This document shows positions 56,903 through 64,000 of a stretch of 64,000 nucleotides of DNA, one piece after another; the first letter of the stretch is position 1, and each line of letters starts with the position of its first letter. The position numbers and the translations under genes are program-made. The stretch is taken from assembly GCA_050261175.1 (NCBI GenBank), contig JBLNDA010000051.1, positions 13,722 through 77,721 of the forward strand, read 5' to 3'. Source of the DNA: Clostridia bacterium (lineage in GTDB: Bacteria; Bacillota; SHA-98; UBA4971). Below the pieces are notes generated by a model that saw only the letters and a list, made by a program, of their open reading frames with translations, did no database searches and was not told the origin of the DNA.

Positions 56903-57268
56903 GTGGCCGGCAGGAGACGCGACCAGACGCGCGGCGCGCGCCGCCTCCAGGCGGCTCCGCGAAGGGTATTAAACGCTCACGAACGACAGAAGCTAACGGT
57001 CGATGCGTGGGGCCTCGTCACGTTCCTGCAGGAGGCGGGCCTCGTCCGGCCCGACGAGCTCGAAGAGGCTCTCCTCCTCGTGGCAGCCTTCGAATCCGGC
57101 GAGGTCGACGCCGAGGATATGGCGCTCGTGCTTTCCAGCGTGATAGAGGATAGGGAGAGGGTAGCCATGATCCTTGGGGAAGCCCGGAGCCGCGACGGAG
57201 ACGACGGGGTCGAGGAGGACGAGGACGAAGAGAGAGACGCTGGACCGGAGCCCCGGCTGCTTCACTAA
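56903..57268 (+). CDS. hypothetical small acidic protein (121 aa)
   Basis: GTG after GAAGGTGG. High third-position GC throughout this frame. Predicted helical core and a D/E-rich tail. No family recognised. Confidence 0.45.
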   Translation: MAGRRRDQTRGARRLQAAPRRVLNAHERQKLTVDAWGLVTFLQEAGLVRPDELEEALLLVAAFESGEVDAEDMALVLSSVIEDRERVAMILGEARSRDGDDGVEEDEDEERDAGPEPRLLH

Positions 57269-57300
57269 GTGAGAGCGCAGAATGGGTGAGGAGTGTCAGG

Positions 57301-59406
57301 ATGCCGAAAGCCCTTGTGATAGTTGAGTCGCCTGCGAAGGCGAAGACCATCGGAAAGTTCCTCGGCCCCGGGTACACGGTGAAAGCTTCCAAGGGCCACG
57401 TGCGCGACCTTCCCAAGAGCAAGCTCGGGGTGGATGTGAAAGACGGGTACGCGCCTCACTACGTGCTCCTCAAAGACAGGAGCGACATCATCCGCGAGCT
57501 GAAGGGAGCGGTGGAGTCGGCGCAGGGGGTGCTGCTGGCGACCGACCCGGACCGTGAGGGAGAGGCGATATCGTGGCACCTTACGCAGGTGCTCGGGATC
57601 GACCCCGGGAGTCCCTGCCGGATCGAGTTCAATGAGATAACGCGGCTGGCCGTCAAGACCGCGCTGGAAAGCCCGAGGCCCATCGACATGGACCGTGTGA
57701 ACGCCCAGCAGGCGAGACGGGTGCTTGACAGGCTGGTGGGGTACGGCCTGAGCCCGCTCTTGTGGAAGAAGGTCCGGAGGGGCTTGTCTGCCGGCAGAGT
57801 CCAGTCCGTTGCAGTGAGACTCGTCTGCGACAGGGAGAGAGAGATACAGGCCCATGTCAAGGAGGAGTACTGGTCGATAACAGCCCACCTTCGGCCAGGT
57901 GAGGGAGGGCGTGAGTTCCCCGCCAAGCTCGTACTGCGGGGCGGCAAGAAAGTCGAGATCCGAAACGAGAGCGAAGCCAGGTCCATTCTGGACGACCTCG
58001 AAGGCGCGACCTACCAGGTGGCGCAGGTTTCAAGAAAGGAGCGGCGGAGAAACCCCGCGCCGCCGTTCACCACGAGTACTCTGCAGCAGGAGGCCTCAAG
58101 GAAGCTCGGCTTCGGGTCGCGGAAGACCATGATGGTGGCCCAGCAGCTCTACGAGGGCTTGCAGCTCGGCGACGAGGGAAGCGTGGGGCTGGTGACGTAC
58201 ATCCGCACGGACTCGGTGCGTGTCGCCGTTGAAGCGGAACAGGCTGCGAGGGCGTTCATTGTGAAGACATACGGGCGGGAGTACGCGCCGGGCCACCCGA
58301 GGCGCTATCGCGCAAAAGCTACCAGCCAGGACGCGCACGAGGCGATACGGCCCACGACCGTGGAAAGGCTGCCCGACCAGGTGAAGCCGTACCTTACGCG
58401 CGACCAGTACAGGCTGTACAGGCTGATATGGGAGAGGTTCGTGGCAAGCCAGATGGAATCGGCCCTGCTCGATGCCATGAGCGTGGACGTCCGGGCGAAG
58501 GGGTACACCTTCAGAGCCACGGGTTCAAGCGTGAAGTTCCCCGGGTTTACCCTGGTCTATCAAGAAGCCTCCGACAACGACAAGGAGGAGGAACAGAGCA
58601 TCCCAGAGGTACGCGAGGAGGAGGCCCTCGCCCTAGTGAAGTTGGAGCCCGCCCAGCATTTCACGGAGCCGCCGCCGCGATACACAGAGGCCACACTCGT
58701 CAAGGCGCTGGAGGAAAACGGCATCGGAAGGCCGAGCACGTACGCGCCAATCATCGACACGATCCTCAGGCGCGGGTACGTGGTGCTGGACGACAGGAGG
58801 TTCCATCCCACCCCGCTCGGGTTCGTCGTTGTGGACCTCCTGAAGCAGGTTTATCCCCAGGTGGTGGACGTAGCGTTCACCGCTGACGTGGAAAGCAAGC
58901 TCGATAGGATCGCCGAGGGGGAGCTTGACTGGGTGAGAGTGGTCGACGAGTTCTACCTCCCCTTCCAGAAGGTCGTGAGCGCCGCCGAAGAAACCGTGGG
59001 GCGGGTGAGGATTCCCGACGAGGTCACCGACGAGACGTGCCCGCAGTGCGGGCGCCCGCTCGTAGTGAAACACGGGAGATTCGGCACGTTCCTCGGTTGC
59101 CAGGGATATCCCGAGTGCACCTTCACGAAGAAGATCGTACGCTCCACCGGCGTGACCTGCCCCGAATGCGGCGCGGAGGTGGTTGAGCGAAGGACCAAGA
59201 AGGGCAGGAAGTTCTACGGCTGCAGTAGGTACCCGGACTGCCGATTCACCACATGGTACACCCCGCTGAAGGCCACCTGCCCAAAGTGTGGCGCGTTCCT
59301 CGTGAAGCGCGGAAGAGGGGGCGGGCTGCGCGCCTGCGTGAGGGAGACCTGCGACTATCGTGAGGAACAGAAGGCGGAGCCTGGCGGCGCAGGAGCCCCC
59401 GCGTGA
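57301..59406 (+). CDS. topA: DNA topoisomerase I
   Basis: TOPRIM MPKALVIVESPAKAKTI..DPDREGE, active-site region TYIRTDS, and C-terminal CxxC zinc ribbons. Confidence 0.95.
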   Translation: MPKALVIVESPAKAKTIGKFLGPGYTVKASKGHVRDLPKSKLGVDVKDGYAPHYVLLKDRSDIIRELKGAVESAQGVLLATDPDREGEAISWHLTQVLGIDPGSPCRIEFNEITRLAVKTALESPRPIDMDRVNAQQARRVLDRLVGYGLSPLLWKKVRRGLSAGRVQSVAVRLVCDREREIQAHVKEEYWSITAHLRPGEGGREFPAKLVLRGGKKVEIRNESEARSILDDLEGATYQVAQVSRKERRRNPAPPFTTSTLQQEASRKLGFGSRKTMMVAQQLYEGLQLGDEGSVGLVTYIRTDSVRVAVEAEQAARAFIVKTYGREYAPGHPRRYRAKATSQDAHEAIRPTTVERLPDQVKPYLTRDQYRLYRLIWERFVASQMESALLDAMSVDVRAKGYTFRATGSSVKFPGFTLVYQEASDNDKEEEQSIPEVREEEALALVKLEPAQHFTEPPPRYTEATLVKALEENGIGRPSTYAPIIDTILRRGYVVLDDRRFHPTPLGFVVVDLLKQVYPQVVDVAFTADVESKLDRIAEGELDWVRVVDEFYLPFQKVVSAAEETVGRVRIPDEVTDETCPQCGRPLVVKHGRFGTFLGCQGYPECTFTKKIVRSTGVTCPECGAEVVERRTKKGRKFYGCSRYPDCRFTTWYTPLKATCPKCGAFLVKRGRGGGLRACVRETCDYREEQKAEPGGAGAPA

Positions 59407-59465
59407 GCGTCCCGGGCGGGCAGGGGTTGCAGATCCTGAACCTTCGCTGTGTGGTGTTTTCAACG

Positions 59466-60818
59466 ATGCAAGGGACCACAGTCGACCTTGATAGAACGGA
59501 CGTCATAGTGGTAGGCGGGGGCCTGGCCGGAAGCGAGGCCGCATGGCAGGTGGCCAGGAAGGGCCTGCGGGTGACCGTCGTCGAGATGCGCCCGTCGGTG
59601 ATGACCCCCGCCCACAGCACAAGCGACCTCGCCGAGCTCGTGTGCTCGAATTCCCTCGGCTCGGACAGCCTGACGAACGCCTCCGGAGTCCTCAAAGAGG
59701 AGATGAGGATTTTCGGGTCCATCATCATGAGGTGCGCGGAAGGCTCCAGGATCCCAGCAGGGTCGGCCCTGGCGTGCGACAGGCGGCGGTTCGCACACTT
59801 GGTCACCGCGTACATCGAAAGGTGTCCGAACGCCAGGGTGATGAGGGAAGAGATGCGGGCGATCCCTGAGGGCATCCCGGCCGTGATCGCAACGGGTCCC
59901 CTCACTTCCGACCACATGGCGGCGGCCATAGCGCAGCTTGCGGGGACCGAGCACCTCCATTTCTACGACGCCGTCGCACCGATAGTGACCGCCGAGTCTT
60001 GCGACATGTCGAAGGCTTTCTGGGGATCTCGTTACGGCCGCGGAGGCAGCGACTATCTCAACTGCCCGATGACGAAGGACGAGTACGACCGTTTCTATGA
60101 CGCGCTCGTTTCCGCCCGGTGCGCGCCGGTTCATGGGTTCGAGGACGCGAAAGTCTTCGAGGCGTGCATGCCTGTGGAGGTCCTTGCGAGGAGAGGCCGG
60201 GAGGCGCTTGCCTACGGCCCCATGCGCCCGGTCGGGCTCGTCGACCCACGGACCGGCGAAAGGCCGTACGCAGTGGTGCAGCTCAGGCGCGAGGATGAGG
60301 CCGGGACGCTCCTCAACATGGTCGGGTTTCAGACGCGGCTTGCCTGGGACGAACAGCGGCGTGTCTTCCGCATGATCCCAGGATTGGAGCGCGCGGATTT
60401 CGTAAGGTACGGGGTGATGCATAGGAACACCTACATGAACTCGCCGGAACTCCTTCGACCGACACTGCAGCTTCGCCTGCGCGACACGCTCCTTTTCGCG
60501 GGCCAGGTGACCGGCGTAGAGGGATACCTCGAGTCTGCGGCCTCGGGCCTGGTGGCAGGAGTGAACGCGGCCAGGCTCGCTCTTGGGCTCGATCCCGTGG
60601 TCTTTCCGCCGGAAACGGTCCACGGGAGCCTGTGCCGCTACATAACCTCGCCTCACCCGGGAGGCTTCCAGCCGATGAACGCGAATTTCGGGATCATGCC
60701 GCGTCCTGCGGGAAAAGCCAGAGGAAGCGCGGCACGGCGTGGGATTTCGACTTCTGCTCTCGCCGCGGCGATAGATTTCGAGAAAACCCTGCGGAGTGGG
60801 GTTGAAGAAATATTGTAA
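59466..60818 (+). CDS. trmFO: methylenetetrahydrofolate--tRNA-(uracil54-C5)-methyltransferase TrmFO
   Basis: VIVVGGGLAGSEAAWQ FAD motif and colinearity with Gid/TrmFO. Lies in the topA-gid-xerC order. Confidence 0.92.
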   Translation: MQGTTVDLDRTDVIVVGGGLAGSEAAWQVARKGLRVTVVEMRPSVMTPAHSTSDLAELVCSNSLGSDSLTNASGVLKEEMRIFGSIIMRCAEGSRIPAGSALACDRRRFAHLVTAYIERCPNARVMREEMRAIPEGIPAVIATGPLTSDHMAAAIAQLAGTEHLHFYDAVAPIVTAESCDMSKAFWGSRYGRGGSDYLNCPMTKDEYDRFYDALVSARCAPVHGFEDAKVFEACMPVEVLARRGREALAYGPMRPVGLVDPRTGERPYAVVQLRREDEAGTLLNMVGFQTRLAWDEQRRVFRMIPGLERADFVRYGVMHRNTYMNSPELLRPTLQLRLRDTLLFAGQVTGVEGYLESAASGLVAGVNAARLALGLDPVVFPPETVHGSLCRYITSPHPGGFQPMNANFGIMPRPAGKARGSAARRGISTSALAAAIDFEKTLRSGVEEIL

Positions 60819-60830
60819 TTATGTTAGAAT
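60802..60830 (+). promoter_or_regulatory. promoter TTGAAG-N17-TAGAAT with TGn extended -10
   Basis: AT-rich patch spanning the trmFO stop, upstream of xerC-hslVU. Confidence 0.5.
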
Positions 60831-60959
60831 TTCAGGCTAGATGGGCGCGGGGAGGGCCCGACAGCAGGGCGGTCCTCGTGCGCCCAAGGTGCCGGCTCCG
60901 CCACGACGGCCACACGGACCGCCCGAGCAGCGGGGGAGCCGAGAGGTTGAAGATATGGC

Positions 60960-61895
60960 ATGAGCCGGAAGGGGGCTGCGCTCTTGCTGGCCTCAGAAGT
61001 CGACGGGTTCCTAGCGCAGCTCGCGCTTGAGAAGGGCGTGTCACCCCACACGCTCGAGGCCTATGCCCATGACGTGCGGTGTTTCATTGACTTCCTTGGC
61101 GACGCTTTCGAAGAGAGGAAAGAACCTTCCGAAGTAAGCCATCTCGAGGTACGGGCGTACCTCGCGAACCTGCAGAAGGCCAGGTACTCGCGGCGCACCA
61201 TAGCACGGCGTCTTGCCGCCGTGCGGTCGTTTTTCACCTACCTTTGCAGGAAGGGGATCTGCCCGACGAACCCAGCCCGGGGTGTGAGCGCGCCGAAGCT
61301 GGGCCGGATGCTTCCGCGCTTTCTCCACGAAGAAGACGTAAGCAGCCTCATTGAGGCTCCGGCTGCCGACACGCCGCTGGGGCTTCGGGACAGGGCCATC
61401 CTCGAGACGTTGTATGCTGCGGGTCTGCGTGTGAGCGAGCTGGTCGGGCTGAGCATGGGTGACGTAGACATAGCGCACGGGTTCGTGAGGGCGTTCGGGA
61501 AAGGAGGCAGGGAACGCGTCGTGCCCATAGGGGAACGGGCGGCCGACGCGATCAAGGAGTACATCGCAAGGGGAAGACCGGTTCTCGCGGGCGTGCGTCG
61601 GGAGAAGCCTTCTGACCCAGAGGCGCTCTTCCTCAATCGCGGAGGAGAGAGGCTCTCGACCAGGGCCGTGCAGGTCATGCTCGGCAAGTACATAAGGAAG
61701 GTGAGCATAGACAAGAAAGTGAGCCCGCACGCCATCAGGCACTCCTTTGCCACCCATCTCCTCGACCACGGGGCAGACCTTCGAGCTGTGCAGGAGCTAC
61801 TCGGCCACGTGAGCATTTCGACCACGCAGATCTATACGCATGTGACCAGGGAGAAGCTCAGGCTTGTTTACAATAAGGCTCACCCTCGAGCCTGA
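60960..61895 (+). CDS. xerC: tyrosine recombinase XerC (CodV-like)
   Basis: SAM-like N-domain plus catalytic R..HxxR..Y (ARRLAAVRSFF; LYAAGLRVSEL; HAIRHSFATHLL; TQIYTHV). Confidence 0.9.
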   Translation: MSRKGAALLLASEVDGFLAQLALEKGVSPHTLEAYAHDVRCFIDFLGDAFEERKEPSEVSHLEVRAYLANLQKARYSRRTIARRLAAVRSFFTYLCRKGICPTNPARGVSAPKLGRMLPRFLHEEDVSSLIEAPAADTPLGLRDRAILETLYAAGLRVSELVGLSMGDVDIAHGFVRAFGKGGRERVVPIGERAADAIKEYIARGRPVLAGVRREKPSDPEALFLNRGGERLSTRAVQVMLGKYIRKVSIDKKVSPHAIRHSFATHLLDHGADLRAVQELLGHVSISTTQIYTHVTREKLRLVYNKAHPRA

Positions 61896-61913
61896 CCCGA
61901 AGGAGGGAGCCAC

Positions 61914-62441
<528 letters not shown>

Positions 62442-62463
62442 GACTGCGAAAGGAGGCGCGAGG

Positions 62464-63855
62464 GTGGAGGACCTGACACCCCGAGCCATCGTCGAGGAGC
62501 TCGACAAGTACATCGTCGGCCAGGCAAAGGCCAAGCGTGCGGTCGCCATCGCTCTGCGCAACAGGTACCGTCGGCTCAAGCTGCCGGGGACGCTCCGTGA
62601 TGAAGTGGTGCCGAAGAACATCCTCATGATAGGCCCCACTGGAGTGGGCAAGACCGAAATCGCCAGACGGCTTGCGAGGTTGGTGAACGCTCCGTTCATC
62701 AAGGTCGAGGCCACGAAGTTCACAGAGGTCGGGTACGTGGGCCGTGACGTGGACTCCATCATCAGGGATCTCGTGGAAACATCGGTGAGAATGGTGAAGG
62801 CGGAGAAAACGGTCCAGGTGTACCACCGGGCCGAGGCGATGGTGGACGAAAGGATCCTCGACATCATCGCGCCCATCCCCAGCCGTGAGGCGGAAAGGAA
62901 CCCGCTTAGCGCTCTAATGGGAGGTCTCGGCCTCATCCGGGATGATGAGTCATTTCAGGCGAGGCAGGCGGAGGCAAAGGCCCGGCGGGATGAACTCCGG
63001 GCGAAGCTTGCCGCGGGGGATCTCGAAGACATGATGATCGAGGTCACTGTGGAGGACCAGACCCCTCCTATGCTCGAAGTCTTCAGCGGCGCGGGTGTGG
63101 AGGAGATGGGCATCAACATGCAGGACCTCTTCGGGGGGCTCCTCCCTCGGCGGCAGCGCCGCCGTAAGGTGCCTGTTCGGGAAGCGCGCAAGATCATAGC
63201 CCAGGAAGAGGCGCAGAAGCTCGTGGACATGGAGGAAGTCGAGCAGGAAGCCGTAAGGCGCGCCGAACAGTCCGGGATCGTGTTCATAGACGAGATCGAC
63301 AAGATAGCAGGCAGGGAGCGCGGTGTGGGGCCGGACGTGTCGCGCGAGGGCGTTCAGCGGGATATCCTGCCGATCGTCGAGGGATCCACTGTGATGACCA
63401 AGCACGGTCCTGTGAGAACGGATCACATATTGTTCATTGCGGCGGGGGCCTTTCACGTGACCAAGCCTTCGGACCTCATTCCCGAGTTGCAAGGGCGTTT
63501 CCCGATAAGGGTCGAGCTCGACAGCCTCACAAAGGAGGATTTCAAGCGCATTCTGCTCGAGCCCGAGAACGCTCTGGTGAAACAGTACAAGGCCCTGCTT
63601 GCCACGGAAGGAATAGACCTCGATTTCCTTCCCGAAGCCATCGACGAGATAGCTGCCATCGCTGATAGAGTCAACCAGGAGACGGAGAACATCGGCGCGC
63701 GGAGGCTTCACACGATCATGGAGCGGCTGCTCGATGACATCTCTTTTGAGGCGCCGGACATGCCGAAGGGGAGGGTGCGGATTGATGGGGAATACGTTCG
63801 CGGCAGACTGCAAGACATAGTCGGAGACAGAGACCTCAGCCGCTTCATCCTGTGA
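62464..63855 (+). CDS. hslU: ATP-dependent protease ATPase subunit HslU
   Basis: [34 protein letters not shown], Walker [16 protein letters not shown], and [13 protein letters not shown] after AAAGGAGG. Confidence 0.95.
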   Translation: MEDLTPRAIVEELDKYIVGQAKAKRAVAIALRNRYRRLKLPGTLRDEVVPKNILMIGPTGVGKTEIARRLARLVNAPFIKVEATKFTEVGYVGRDVDSIIRDLVETSVRMVKAEKTVQVYHRAEAMVDERILDIIAPIPSREAERNPLSALMGGLGLIRDDESFQARQAEAKARRDELRAKLAAGDLEDMMIEVTVEDQTPPMLEVFSGAGVEEMGINMQDLFGGLLPRRQRRRKVPVREARKIIAQEEAQKLVDMEEVEQEAVRRAEQSGIVFIDEIDKIAGRERGVGPDVSREGVQRDILPIVEGSTVMTKHGPVRTDHILFIAAGAFHVTKPSDLIPELQGRFPIRVELDSLTKEDFKRILLEPENALVKQYKALLATEGIDLDFLPEAIDEIAAIADRVNQETENIGARRLHTIMERLLDDISFEAPDMPKGRVRIDGEYVRGRLQDIVGDRDLSRFIL

Positions 63856-64000
63856 GCGTTGTGTGGCGGGCTCTCGCGGGCCGTCGGGGAGCCGGGGCTG
63901 CCGGAGTCATCCTTCTCCGGCGGACGGCTTGAACTCCAGCGACGCTTGGGAGATGCGGGTCCGGCGGGACTCACGGGGGTCTACCTATGGGATTGGCGAG

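Noticed and set aside
60960-61895. Tyrosine recombinase as a possible integrase marking a mobile element
   Set aside because: It sits in the conserved trmFO-xerC(codV)-hslV-hslU housekeeping operon. There are no flanking repeats, tRNA target or cargo genes.

Overview
High-GC (roughly two-thirds G+C by eye) chromosomal core region of a spore-forming Bacillota (Clostridia-like) organism. Almost all genes are on the + strand. Most of the window follows the Bacillus/Clostridium ylo/ylb, fapR-fab, rnc-smc-ftsY-ffh-rpsP-rimM-trmD-rplS, rnhB-dprA-topA-trmFO-xerC-hslVU backbone, so it is largely ordinary housekeeping DNA. I found no tRNA/rRNA genes, CRISPR arrays, transposases, phage genes or recognisable defence genes. 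The non-routine part is the first ~10 kb. It holds a heterodimeric ABC exporter pair, then a sigma-54 enhancer-binding protein whose sensor domain is a 2x[4Fe-4S] ferredoxin module. An 825-bp non-coding spacer follows, ending in a near-consensus -24/-12 promoter flanked by Rex-like operators. Downstream is a three-gene [FeFe]-hydrogenase operon. In it the NuoF-like flavoprotein is fused to a GltD/NfnB-like NAD(P)H oxidoreductase, and HydA carries TSCSPGW instead of the canonical TSCCPxW H-cluster motif. Other departures are listed below.
- A CsoR-like operator lies in the promoter of a TlpA-like thioredoxin gene.
- A three-gene insert (unknown 281-aa protein, spoVS, SigH-like sigma factor) separates rnc from smc.
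- The fab operon carries a divergent ACP.
- There are several unassigned ORFs.
The many long antisense ORFs in the track are high-GC artefacts. Start codons were refined by RBS and homology and are less certain than the stops.
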